This document shows, piece after piece, positions 38,498-51,808 of a stretch of DNA of 64,000 nucleotides. The translations under genes and the position numbers were made by a program. The DNA lies in the NCBI GenBank assembly GCA_030390025.1, contig CM059431.1, positions 118,174,001 to 118,238,000 of the forward strand. Direction: 5' to 3'. Within the stretch, counting starts at the first letter, position 1. Each line of letters begins with the position of its first letter. The DNA comes from Squalus acanthias (Eukaryota). The notes under the pieces are model-generated. The model did not search any database, was not told the origin of the DNA, and was given only the letters and a program-made list of their open reading frames with translations.

Positions 38498-40250
38498 GGC
38501 TGCAATTTTCCCTACCGCGGCGGGTCCGTGGCGGGCGATGTCAGTGGCGGGTCGCGGACCCGCTGCTGTCTCCATACTGGCCTCCGATATGACGTTCCCC
38601 TGATTGGGCTTGTTAAGCCCGCCCAGCGAGTTTCCCAGCCAATTGAAGGAAGCGGGTCTGATGAAATCATTTGATGACGTGTCATCAGCATGTTTCCTTT
38701 TAGGGACCAGGGCCAAATTTACTTTGACATTTGTGCTGTCAGTTTTCTACAACATTGAGGTGCTGCAAATACTGACAAGCACTGCACAGAGGTGCAGGGC
38801 TGCACCCAGGCTCTGCCATGACTCCCTCCGTATGCTTATGGAGGGAGTCACAGCACGCAGGGAGGTACTCTGCCCTTCCAATGGGTGGAAGAGACCTCCC
38901 CAGGAGATCAACGCAGCCTGGATGCACATTGCACAGGAGGACACAAGCAGGGATGTCATTAGGAGGACCAGACTGCAGTGGCGCAAACCTTTCAATGATC
39001 TCAGTACATCACCAAATGTTACTGCAAAGCCACACTCACCCTCATCCTGCTGTGCCACTCATCACATCCCCATCACTCTGCCTTCCCTACCCTACTCCTG
39101 CACATCCTTACTCACACCAACTTACCTTGCACCTCCACCCATCCCTCTCTATCTACATTATCACATCCCCATCTCACTAGCCACCCCTCACGCTCATCCT
39201 AGTCCAATCATACCAACTAACAACACACAAGGGTAGGCACTTGTGTATTTTACCCAATGTTTATGAGAAGTTTCTGTTAATGTGCTGTCAAACATTGAAA
39301 TCTTTATTTTCAGCACTTTGCATTCTTGGACAGATTTGTGTGCACCTTTGGAAGTGGCTTAGTGAGTTGCAGTGAATGGTGAAACATATCAGTACCCCCC
39401 GCAATGGTGATGAGTGTGAAAGGAATCGCTTGGGCGTTGTAGAGATGCTTTATGTTGTTGGTGTGGTGTGGTGCCAACCTGGCATATCATGCCAGGGTTT
39501 ACAGCATCAAATTAAGTAAATGTGGCCATGGTGAGGCCATCCCTGGCCTCCTGGGCAGCTTTGTGGTCGGGTGCTGAAGCCCTCTCTCCTGTGCAGCATC
39601 AGGTGATTGTAGAGAAGGTTGGTGGTATTGTTGGTGCTGCTGGTGTGCCTGGTGATGCTGGTGTTGGGGCTGATCATGGTCAGATTCTGAGGACCAAGGT
39701 GAGAGAGTATAAAGTACACCCATGCTGACGGAATAGATGGCAGGTGAAGTAGAGAGGACAGAAGCGATCTGGCAAAGGTGGGAGAGGTAATGACCGGATG
39801 GAGACTTGTGTAAAGACTTGCAGCATTCTGAATCTGTAGAGGAAATGCAGTTTAGAGAAGCTAGTGGTTAAGGGAACATATCTCAATCAGCTGGGAGCTT
39901 TGTCTTGACATTTGAAGCTGTCAACTCATCAGCTGATTCAATGGCCACTGACCTTCTGCCTTAGCTTAACAGAAGAGGTCCAGGCACAGCGGGAAACCGG
40001 TGGGTGACCTGACAAATCAAAAAGCTGGGGGGAAAAAACATTGTTAAGTGGCTGTAAACAAGCCACTAATGATTTGAATTGGCTCCCCTGCCACTGCCTG
40101 TCGGGTCTGCTCAGCACTGGCAGACCCGACATCGGGAAATGCAGGTGTGCGCGTTATGACAGCGAGTTCCTGACCCACTGCCAATCATTTTAAATTTCTT
40201 AGCTGACCTGTCACCCATCCCGTCCACTGAACGCTGGCAAAATCATGGCC
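38498..40250 (+). mobile_element. Harbinger derivative (duplicate of 27436-29188)
   Basis: Offset +11062; TAA TSD. Confidence 0.9.
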
Positions 40251-40304
40251 TAAAATCCTGCATCCCAAGGAGTCCTGAAATCTGTCCAACCTGATATTGG
40301 GTCA

Positions 40305-41924
40305 ATAGCAAAATACTGCGGATGCTGGAAATCTGAAATAACAGAAAATGCTGGAAACACTCAGCAGGCCAGGCAGCATCCATGAAGAGAGAAACAGAGT
40401 TAAGGTTTCAGGTCTGGGACCCTTCGTCAGAACTGGAAAAAGTTAGAGATGTAACAGGTTTTAAGCAATTGCAGAGGCAGGGAAAGGGGGAGGGGAAGAA
40501 AGAACAAAAGAGACGGTCTGTGATAGGGTGGAAGGCAGGAGTGATTAAATGTTGCAAATGGGGATGGCAGAATCATCAACAGCTGCCATGTGAAAAAATA
40601 GGGGCAGAGGTTATAGTCTGAAATTGTTGAACTCAGTGTTGAGTCCAGAAGGCTGTAAAGTGCTTAATCGAATGATGAGTTGCTGTTCCTCGAGCTTATG
40701 TTGAGCTTCATTGGAACAGTGTAAGAGGCCGAGGACAGAAAGATCAGAGTGGGAGTGGAGTGGAGAATTAAAGTGACAAGCGACCGGAAGCTCGGGGTCA
40801 CCCTTACGGACTGAACGGAAGTGTTCCGCAAAGCGATCACCCAATCTGCATTTGATCTCCCCAATGTAGAGGAGACCACATCGTGAGCAGCGAATACAGT
40901 ATACTAAATTGCAAGAAGTACAAGTAAATCATTGTTTCACCTGGAAGGGGTGTTTGGGGCCCTGGACAGTGGGAAGGGAGGAGGTAAAAGGGCAGGTATT
41001 GCATCTCCTGTGCTTGCACGGGAAGGTGCTGTGGGGAGGGGAGGGGCTGTTGGGGGTGATTGAGGAGTGGACCAGGGTGTTGTGGAGGGAGCGGTCCCTT
41101 CGGAATGCTGAAAGGGGAGGGGAGGGGAAGATGCATTTGGTGGTGGAATCACGCTGGAGGTGGTGGAAATGGCAGAGGATGATCCATTGAATGTGGAGGC
41201 TGGTGGGGTGAAAGGTGAGGACAAGGGGAACCCTATCGTGGTTCTGGGAGGGAGAAGGAGTGAGAGCAGAAGTGCGGAAAATGGAATGGACACGGTCGAG
41301 GGCCATGCCAATCACGGTAGAGGGGAATCCTCGGTTGAGGAAGAAGGAAGACATATCGGAAGCACTAGTATAGAAGGTGGCATTGTCAGAACAGATGCGG
41401 CGGAGACGGAGAAACTGGGAGAATAGAATAGAGTCCTTACAGGAAGCTATGGGAGTCAGTGGGCTTGCAGTGGATGTTTGTCGATAGCCTATCCCCAGAA
41501 ATGGATACAGAGAAGTCAAGGAAGGGAAGGGAAGAGTCGGAGATGGATCATGTGAAGGTGAGGGAAGGGTGGAAATTGGAAGCAAAGTGAATGAAATTTT
41601 CCAGTTCAGGGCGAGAGCAGGAAACGGCACCAATACAGTCATCAATGCACTGGAAAAAGAGGTGAGGGAGGGGAACTGAGTATGACTGGAACAAAGTGTG
41701 TTCCACATATCCATTGCAACATTTAACCACTCCAGCCTTCCACCCTAGCACAGACCGTTCCTTTTATTATTTCTTCCCCTCCCCCTTTCCCTGCTTCTGC
41801 ACCTGTTACATCTCTAACTTTTTCCAGTTCTGACGAAGGGTCACAGACCTGAAATGTTAACTCTGTCTTTCTCTCCACGGATACTGCCTGGCCTGCTGAG
41901 TGTTTCCAGCATTTTCTGTTATTT
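40305..41924 (-). mobile_element. Penelope element with inverted 3' region (duplicate)
   Basis: Offset +11062. Confidence 0.9.
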
Positions 41925-42429
41925 CTGATACTGGGCAGGTCAGTGTCTGGTGAAGCTACTTAAAACAGATGTTAGGCCCCTAGCATAAGGGGAAATGTAG
42001 CTGTCAAAAGGGTAGATGTAGCAATATTAAATAATAAGTTACAGTGTATGAAATTAATGAAAGATTTTGGTAAATTTTGTTCTGGACAGTAAAACTTGTT
42101 TGATCACATAGACCTCAGAGTTAATTTCTGTGAATAATTGCAACTTTGTGGACTTAGATGGTGATATGCGAGAGTGTGACTTCGGTATCATGGAGGTATG
42201 AAATACTGTTGGGGGTGGGAGAGGAACAGGCTGGAAAGAATTTTATTGGTTTTCTCAACTCTTATGTACTGGAATCACTCAGCTGTATGTTCCTGGTTCT
42301 TTCTCTAGCTGCAGGCTGATGGCTCTCTTGCTCCACTTCCTTTCCTTTCTGTGTGCCCTCCTTCTAATGTGGGCATGCAGGCCCTTCTCCATTTTCATCA
42401 TCAGTATCCCTTTCGGCTTCATGAAGTAG

Positions 42430-43415
42430 CAACCTTTTCTGTATCACGATATTAGGTAGAGCACAGAAAGCTACAATAATTCTGGCGACTCTTGCTAGAC
42501 TTTACTGCAGGGCTCTAACAGACGTCTTTAGGCATCTACAGTGTGTCTTCAGAATGCCAATAGTCTGCTCTATTCCATTCTTGAAACCCCATGGCTTTAT
42601 TATGTTTGTTCTCTCCCTCTGCCACCAGTTGCCATACTGGAGTCATAAGCAGGGGATAACCTTGATCCCTAATCAACCATCCTGATCCATGTCTCTGGGT
42701 AAACCGAGGCTGGTATGGTGGATTGGCACATGATGGAAGTATCAAGGCAGCTTTCAGGTTATCAGACATTAATGTGCAGAATAAGATGACTGACATTGCA
42801 CACTAGCTGCACGTTAATAAATAAAACACTTTTCAGTTCATGAAACTGATGGGTTGTCAAATGGGATTTTCAGCATCACATGAGCTCCATGCATTGCTCT
42901 TTGCACTTGTGGGAATCCTGTCAGTCTGTACAGTTGGATTGCTCTTTCTCTTTGTTTCACAGATTCCATGGTGAAGGTAATAACACGTGAGGCCTGCCTA
43001 ATGAAAGCACTAGTGAGCACTTCATTATAGTGGTGAGCTGCTCTCTGAATAATGTGTTCAAAGATTGCTTGAAGCTGCCTGGAAAGATCCAATGGTAAAA
43101 AAAATATTAAGGGAGTGGTCACTTTAACTGCTACAAAAAATGCTGTTTTTTTTATTCAGGTGGGCTGCAGGTCTTCAGCCAGCAGCTTGCATAAGTCCAC
43201 CCGCTTCCACCATAGTTTTTGGGGAGAGCACTGACAGGCAGAGAATTGTAAGAACCATGTGATCTGTAAACCCCGTTGAGTGGGTATCTACATGTTGGAA
43301 ACAAATGCCTTCCGTGGTGCCTTTCTCTAAGACTCTTCAATCTAAACTCTTCCATATCCTCACACTCTTCTTCATAGTACAGAAAAGAGGGATTCCTATT
43401 GGGAAGTCCATTGTT
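42430..43415 (-). pseudogene. Decayed PIF/Harbinger (HARBI1-like) DDE transposase
   Basis: LYRLTGFPQVQRAMHGAHVMLKIP resembles the GFPxVxGAIDCTHV motif; GWLIRDQGYPLLMTP resembles GWLLGDxGYPL..WLMTP. Frameshifted. Confidence 0.8.
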
Positions 43416-45162
43416 TCAGTCTAAAGTATTACTTTTTCTATTACCCACTACCAATAGCAATAGAATCTTCAAAGATGCTCCAGAGCAGCAAACATTAAAA
43501 ATTGAGGTCCAGGCAATATTTCCCAAAGCTTCAGATAGCACAATGACAATGGCTTCCTCAATGTAGTCTCTATCTCAGGGATACCACTGTGCTGCTCATA
43601 CCACCATCTAAATGTTGGTGGTGTTTTCAGATGTCAGGTTTCAATGCCAAACCACTTCATTTTACTGTATTTAGTACCCCAAAATGGATGATAAGAAGAA
43701 GGAAAATTCAACTCCTACACACACATTAAGAACATTTTTTCAGCTCTTTTTGAGAGCTCTTTCCAGTTGTCAGCAGGATATAACCTCAAGATTAATTCGT
43801 ACTCTCATTAGAAAAAATGAGAATTTATAGATAACTAAAACAGCAAAAATATAATTATGAGTTTAACTACATTGTAATGGGTTCAACAGAAAACAATTTA
43901 AAGATAATTAGAGCCCTGTATTTCTGCTATTTTTGGGTAGACAACTTGCCATCTTCTTCTCTCAACTAGGGAAATTGTGAGATGCATATTTGTCGAATGT
44001 GCCCTAGTTTTGCTTTTTGTTTTGATCTAATTTAAAGATGGCATTGAACAGCTATTTATTGATAGAGTCCTAAAATGTTTAATAAATGAATCAGTCAATA
44101 AGACATTAACTTATGAAAGGCTTTAATCACAAGCGCTTCTTCCATCAAGAATTTTATAAACATCCTACTAAGCCCTCAATGGCAGATCTTTCTTATAATG
44201 TCTCCCTAGCGAACATTAGTCAGTATTTATTCTGCAAATACTCTTACAGCTAAAGAGATAAGCAGAACCACGATATGGTTCCCCTTGTCCTCACCTTCCA
44301 CCCAACCATGTGTGATTTCTCAGCTCTGTGAGATCTAGAATTTGCTTCAACACCACATGTGCAAATCATGTAGTGTTGTGCTTCTGTCTGTTGGGATTAA
44401 CATAAGGCATTGCACCATTGACCTTATCACTGGCTGCAATGAGTGAAAAAAACATTTTTCATAATCTATTTTCTTCCCTTCAAAATATTACCTTCACAAT
44501 GAGCAAATTCAAATGGAATAAGCTATCTTTTGGCCCATGGTTTCATCTTAAAGCACAAAAATATGCTGCAAGCATTGTAGAAAGCATTGCAGTGATTGTC
44601 TTATTAGAAATCCTTTCATGTTGTGTGCTGGAAAGGGATATATTTTTATTAATTGCTTTAATTGCAGGTTGTTTGCTAACAGAGGTACTATTTGTTATGT
44701 GTTTAAAATTGCAACAGAACTGTGCTGTTATGATCTGCCTATAAGTGTCATTGTATTGTCTTTTTTATTAATATCTTACCTGCCAAACTGTCAATACAGT
44801 GTTGATGCAGCCTCATGTACAAGCTTGGTGGTATACATCTATGAGCAGGAAATACAGCAATGTATTTTATATGACAATATCAGGCAAAGAAGCTTGGAAG
44901 GGTTTTACAAGTTATGCTGCATATGAATGACTGCCAGCATAGTATATACTCCAAAGTGACCTGATCATTGTTTCGGAATGTACACAATGCAGCAAACATT
45001 ACAGAGCAAAATGACTCGCAGACAACTAGATAACAAAAGCTACATTTCATTCATTGCTGTCTTAATTTGTCTGCAAGTGCTTAGCTGGATATGCAATTCC
45101 AGTGAGCTGATCCAATTGAGGCATAGTAATTACCATAATTTTGTCATTAGACATGTACTCTG

Positions 45163-45896
45163 AGGGCTGGATTTTCAATGACCCGTGGAGTCGGGTTTGG
45201 AGGCGTGTGGAGGGTTAAAGTTGCGGGGTCGGGGGTCCCGACCCCATCCCGACTCCATTCTGCCTCCACACAATTTTGACAAAATCGGTCGCAGGGTTCC
45301 CAACTCTGTCCCGCCTCCAAGAGGCGGGAGAGGCCATTAAAGCCCTTAACAAGCCCTAAATTGGCTCGGTAATGCCATTTTGAAACATTTTAGCTAGTTT
45401 AACCCTTTTCCGACGTGAAGTACGCTTGATGTGAAACACGCCAGTGAAACCTGGCGGGAGCACAAGTGGATAGCTGACTATCAGCTGCAGGTCCACTATT
45501 ACAATGGAGATGTGATGAAGGTAGTAGTAGTATTAGGTCTGAAAGTCGTCTCTGATGCTGCTGCATTGAATGTCTTCAGAGACTGCCTGGAAGGTATCTC
45601 TCTCTCTCTCTATCTCTCTCTCTCTCTCTCATATTTTGCATCCAGGTCCACTCACAGCAAAGGCCAGGCAGTCTCTGAGACCAGGCAGGCAGTCTCTGAC
45701 CTGCAATGATGACATCATCAGAGGCGACTTTCAGACTGAAACCACTAATTGGTTCATGGGTTCCCACATGCTGGAACTCAATTGCCCAATTAAGTGAAAA
45801 TTGCATCATTCATCCACATTAATCTAGAGTCGGGGGGGGGTAACACGAAATGCGGGTAACACGACCCCAACCCGAACCCAAGACAAAATCCAGCCC
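45163..45896. mobile_element. MITE with 12-bp TIR GGGCTGGATTTT
   Basis: GGGCTGGATTTT ... AAAATCCAGCCC; internal (TC)n tract at ~45597-45630. Confidence 0.8.
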
Positions 45897-45929
45897 ATGC
45901 CTTTTTAATGATACCAGACCATAGAAAGG

Positions 45930-46318
45930 AAAAACTTGCATTTATATAGCACCCTTTTGTTCTTAAGACATACCAAGCGTTTCAAAGCCAATTAAGTACT
46001 TTTGCAGTGCAGTCATTGTTGTAATGTAGGGAAACATAGCAGCCAATTTGCAGCAAGATCCCACAAACAGCAATGAGATAAGTGACCAGATAATCTGGTT
46101 TTAGTAATGTTGGTTGAGGAATAGATGGTATCCAGGAGAATTCCCCTGCTCTTCTTCAAAAAGTCCCATAGGATCTTTTACGTCCAGCTGAGAGGGCAGA
46201 CAGAGCATCGGTTTAACTTCTCATCCAAAAGGCAGCACTTCGGTCAGTGTAGGACTCCCGCAGTGATCTCACGAGTTTCTGACTCAGTAGGTGAGAGTGC
46301 TAGCACTGAGTTAAGGCT
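45930..46318 (-). mobile_element. Deu-domain tRNA SINE
   Basis: Reverse complement of the SINE at 53893-56934; L2-like tail. Confidence 0.8.
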
Positions 46319-46529
46319 TATATTTGTTTGGAGTTGTGAGATTGATCATGTATTTGGTGTGCATGTAGTATGTGCTCCTATCAACCATGTTCTGTTGAGT
46401 GAACAATTGCTGAAGATTATCAGTGGGTTGGAGGACAATAGTAGCTTTCCTTAGATGGATGGGACACATTTACTCCTGCAGTATAATCCAGGTGATTTCA
46501 TAACTGACAAAGACTCATATCATAGTGGT

Positions 46530-49358
46530 AATGGTAGCATAGTGGTAATGTCACGAGGCTAGTAATCCAGAGACTTGGGTTCAAATCCCACCACGGCAGC
46601 TGGGGAAGTTAATTAAAATAATATTGGATAGTCGTAAAAACCCATCTGGTTCACTAATGTCCTTTAGGGAAGGAAATCTGCCATCCTTACCTGGCCTATA
46701 TGTGACACAGCACTGTGGTTGACTCTTATACTGCCCTCTGAAACAAACTGCTACGAAACACAATAATAAGAATTAAACCAGATGAGGTACCGGCTATGGA
46801 CACGGCAACGGCCCTGCAAAGTTGTCAGACATAGTCATACGCACAGCCAATGTCCCAAACTCCTCACCAACAGGGTGGCGGCACATTGATATACAGTCGG
46901 GAAGGAGTGGCCCTGGGAGCCCTCAACATTGACTCTGGACCCCATGAAGCTTCCATGGACAAGGAAACCACCTACCACCCTCCCTCAGCTGATGAATCAG
47001 TGCTCCTGCTGGCCCACAGTACTTGAGAAGCACTGAGAGTAGCAAGGACACAGAATGTACTCTGGGTGGGGGACTTCAATGTCCATCACCAAGGCTCAGG
47101 CCTGCAACAGGTGGTGAAAAAACCAACACGACAAACCTACTTGACCTCGTCCTCACCAATCTACATCTGTTCATGACAGTATTGGTAGCAGTGATCATTG
47201 TGGAGACCCTCCATCGTGTTGTGTGGCATTAGCACTGTGCTAAATGGAATAGATTCAGAACAGATCTAGCAGCTCAAAACTGGGCATCGCTGAGGGGCAG
47301 CAGCAGAATTATATTCCACCACAATCTGTAACCTCCGCATATCCCTCCCTCACTCTACCACTCAACCAAGCCAGGGTTACAATAAGGAGTGTAGCAGAGC
47401 ATGCCAGGAGCAGCACCAGGCGTACCTAAAAATGAGGTGCCAACCTGGGGAAGCTGCAATAGAGGACCACATGCATGCTAAAAAGTGGAAGAAGCATGCT
47501 ATAGACAGGGCTAAGTGATCCCACAACTAACGGATCAGATCAAAGCTCTGTAGTCCTGCCACATCCAGTCGTGAATGGTGGTGGGCCATTAAACAACTAA
47601 CGGGAGGAGGAGGCTCCATGAATATCCCCATCCTCAATGATGGTGGAGCCCAACACGTGAGTGCAAAAGACAAGGCTGAAGTGCTTGCAACCATCTTCAG
47701 CCAGAAGTGCCGAGTGGATGATCCATATCGGCCTACTCCTGAGGTCCCCACCATCACAGAAGCCAGTCTTCAGCCAATTCGATTCACTCCACGTGATATC
47801 AAGAAATGGCTGAGTGCACTGGATACATGGGCCCTGACAACATCCCGGCTATCGTGCCGAAGACTTGTGCTCCAGAACTAGCAGTGCCTCTAGCCAAGCT
47901 GTTACAGTACAGCTACAATACTGACATCTATTCGACAATGTGGAAAACTGCCCAGATACGTCCTGTCCACAAAAAGCAGGACAAATCCAATCCGGCCAAT
48001 TACCGCCCCATCGGTCTACTCTCAATCATCAGCAAAGTGATAGAAGGTGTCATCGACAGTGCTATCAAGCGGCACTTACTCACCTATAACCTGCTCATTG
48101 ATGCCCAGTTTGGATTCTGCCAAGACCACTCAGCTCCCAACCTCATTACAGCCTTGGTCCAAACATGGACAAAGGAGCTGAATTCCAGAGGTGAGGTGAG
48201 AGTGACTGCCCTAGACATTAAGGCATCATTTGACCGAGTGTGGCATCAAGGAGCCCTAGTAAAACTGAAGTCAATGGGAATCGGGGGGAAAACTCTCCAC
48301 TGGCTGGAGTCATACCTAGTACAAAGGAAGATGGTTGTGGTGATTGAAGGTCAATCATCACAGCTGCAGGAGTTCCTCAGGGCAGTGTCCTAGGCCCAAC
48401 CATTTTCAGCTGCTTCATCAATGACCTGCCCTCCAACATAAGATCAGAAATGGGGATGTTCACTGATGACTGCACAGTGTTCAGTGCCATTCACAGCTCC
48501 TCAGATAATGAAGCAGTCCATGCCCGCATGCAACAAGACCTGGACGACGTTCAGGCTTGGGCTGATGAGTGGCAGGTAACATTCGTACCACAGAAGTGCC
48601 AGGCAATGATTATCTCCAACAAGCGAGAGTCTAACCACCGCCCCTTAACATTCAACGACATTACCATCGCCGAATCCCCCACCATCAATATCCTGGGGCT
48701 CACCATTGACCAGAAACTTAACTGGACCAGCAACATAAATACTGTGGCAACAAGAGCAGGTCAGAGGCTAGGTATTCTGTGGCGAGTGTCTCACCTCCTG
48801 ACTCTCCAAAGCCTTTCCACCATTTACAAGGCACAAGTAAGGAGTGTGATGGAATACTCTCCACTTGCCTGGATGAGTGCAGCTCCAACAACACACAAGA
48901 AGCTTGATGCCATCCAGGACAAAGCAGCCCGCTTGAGTGGCACCCCATCCACCACCTTAAACATTCACTCCTTCCACCACCAGCGTACTGTGGCTACAGT
49001 GTGTACCGTCTACAAGATGCACTGCAACAACTCGCCAAGGCTTCTTCGGCAGCACCTCCCAAACCCGCGACCTCTTCCACCTAGAAGTACAAGGGCAGCA
49101 GGTGCATGGGAACACCACCACCTCCAAGCTCCCCTCCAAGTCACACACCATCCTGACTTAGAAGTATATCGTCGCTGGGTCAAAATCCTGGAACTCCCTA
49201 CCTAACAGCACTGTGGGAGTAGCTTCACCACATGGACTGCAGCAGTTTAAGAAGGTGGCTCACCACCACCTTGTCAAGGGCAACTAGGGATGGGCAATAA
49301 ATGATGGTCATGCCAGCGACGCCCACATCCCATAAACGAAGAAAAAAATAAAAAAAAA
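46530..49358 (+). mobile_element. Second-family LINE with a tRNA-like 5' head, compressed endonuclease region, RT and A-rich tail
   Basis: A-box-like TAGCATAGTGGTAA and B-box GGTTCAAATCC. GDFNVHH and NLLDLVLTNL motifs; ORFs 47806-48393 (ANYRPIGLL, LDIKASFDRVWH) and 48450-49205. Confidence 0.9.
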
Positions 49359-49609
49359 TTGGTGATCATGGATTCAGTAGTTGCCCTTCAGTGTTATTTT
49401 GTGGACCAGGGAAATTTCCCTGGGCAAAGTGAATATTGGAAATCAGGCAGGTTCCTTTACAGGCTAGCACGCCAATCTGCCTGATTTTCTGATATTTACT
49501 GTGCTCAGGAAATCCAGCACACCTGGACTCAGACCCATCAAAATCTCCCCGATAGTTTGACATGGTAAAGGACGCTTGTATACTTACACAATGGGAAGTA
49601 TTAGAAAGG

Positions 49610-49912
49610 AAAGGACTTGCATTGATATAGCGCCTTTCACAACCTCAGAACGGCTCAAAGTGCTTTACCGCCAATGAAGTACTTTTGGAGTGTGGTCACT
49701 GTTGTAAGGTGGGAAACATGGCATCCAATTTGCGCCCAGCAAGCTCCCACAAACAGCAATGCTATAATGACCAGATAATTTGTTTTAGTGATGTGATTGA
49801 GGGATAAATATTGGCCAGGACACCGGGGATAACTCCCCTGCCCTTCTTTGATATAGTCCCACGGGAACTTTTACATTCACCTGAGAGAGCAGTTTAACGT
49901 CTCATCCGAAAG
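49610..49912 (-). mobile_element. Deu-domain SINE, 3' part
   Basis: Reverse complement of 53980-54135 and 56780-56934. Confidence 0.85.
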
Positions 49913-51808
49913 TCGTTGTGCTTGGCATTGCAGGCAAGCTGTTCCAGCCAACTCCCAAGCACATTAATGCTGTAACTGTACTAATCCATATGCTTAGTCA
50001 TACACCATATTCATTATTATCATAGGTTCTCAAACTATTCCCTGATAATGGCCATTTGAGTGTGGAACAACTGTATTCTATTCACCAATTATCCAGTGCA
50101 CAGATGGTGACAGATATCATGTCAAAGGCTTTATGAAGAGAAATTCCATTGATATAAGGGTATTCAGCAATGCTGATGACTGTTCATAAAATGTTGTATA
50201 TAAGATCACTTCTAGCACATTGGAAAATCCAGGCAACAATTTTGAGCATGTGAATATTAGATTGTGTAATCACCCTTGCAGACTTTGCTTTATTGAGTAA
50301 CTTTGTTTTAAAAGACTAATAGACATCAATTACTGTATCTATTTTGTGATAAAATATAAAGAATAAACTTAAAAATAAACTACAAGTGACGGAACCAATT
50401 CTTCATGTGTTCAATATAGAACAGCGGTATCCCTACTTCAATTATACTTTTAGTTGAAAAGCAAGTTAACATTTCAAACGCTGCCAGTTCTGAAGATATG
50501 TGGCATCATAATCTAATGAAATAGCAGTTTTAAAGATGGTAGCAGAATGTGGCAAAGTTCAAAAGTGCACTCTTCAGAGTAACTTTTGTGAATGCATGCT
50601 CTCAGTGTGGATGGGATATCAGAGGGAACATGCTTACAATTTCTCGAAACACTCTCAACAGGTAGGTTCTGTACTAAAAGCATGCATTTGTAAAATATAC
50701 CCTCTCATGAAAAAGCATTCATGACCACATTTTTCTCAACAGGTCAACAAAAATATTGTGACTGTCACAGTGAACTGTCTTGCAATACCTTTTTTAAGTT
50801 AGTCAGCAGCAGTCCAAGTTTAGTGCTGCTTATAAAGTGTTTCAGATGCAGCTTAACAACTTGAGCAACTCAAAGCTGTTAGCAACATTGTTCTCTTCAC
50901 TCTCCCTATTACAGCTCTGATGGAAACCGAGGTCAAAAGGAAATGACAGAGCTAAAGCTTACATGATGTGATGGCTGCTTGATCTTTTGCTATCGTCATG
51001 ATGTGATGGCTGCTTGATCTTTTAGCTGAATTTTGTTATAAATTCCAAAATTGCTCTCCAAGCTGTGCCAACCATTCAGAACTGTACAGAACATTGTCGG
51101 AAATATTCAAAGGAATGTTCTCTTTTTACAACTATGTCTTGTACTTATATACGTTTGCTCACATAGAAAAGTCTCTCAGAGGGCTCTGTAATGAGCAGAG
51201 GAATCCACCAAGCGGGAGGCAGAAAAGTTTGTGGGGGGCAGAAAAGTTTGTGGGGGGAGGGGTGCACGCAATTCAGATAAGTTAATTTTTTAAACAGGTG
51301 TTCAAAGGATGGGAGCGAAATAGCAAGACAGAGTCCTAACTTCGAGTTAATTCTACAGAACAAGGCATAGTGACTGAGGCTCAGCTTCTGATGGTGGAAT
51401 GGCAAAGGATGGGCAGTAAACCAGCGTGGGAGTAGAATGGGCTGGATGTTTAGCCAAGGAAGAATAAGGTGGGATGAGAACATGGAGCAATTTGAAATGA
51501 GGAAAAGGAACCTGAAGGCAATAGTCTGGGAAACATGGAGCCTGTGGAGCTAAGCAAAAACAAGTGTGATGGGGCTATGGAACTTTTTGCTTAGGGTTTC
51601 AAATAGCTGAAGGAGAGCAGTAGGGCTCAAAGCAAAAAGGCCTGGCAAGATATTAAAATAGCGCAATACAACTACAAAAACTCACAAAGTGCTAATGTAT
51701 CCTTTAATAAGACGCTTCTTACAGATTGTTGTCAAACTCCTCAGGTGATAGAGTCTAGTTTTCTCTTTCATAGACCTTCAAGGTGAGATGTTGCATGTGA
51801 ATGACATT

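Larger units (their letters stand above)
30976..42040. repeat. Tandem duplication, copy 2
   Basis: Near-identical to copy 1; eight substitutions seen by eye and no indels. Confidence 0.98.

Noticed and set aside
46533..46595. tRNA gene
   Set aside because: Box motifs are present but there is no full cloverleaf; it is a retroelement head.
50090..50135. SSAQMVTDIMSKAL, resembling the copia RNase H ADIxTKAL motif
   Set aside because: A single short motif with no convincing flanking pol sequence.
50962..51023. 27-bp direct repeat with an 8-bp spacer
   Set aside because: Two units only; a local duplication, not a CRISPR-like array.
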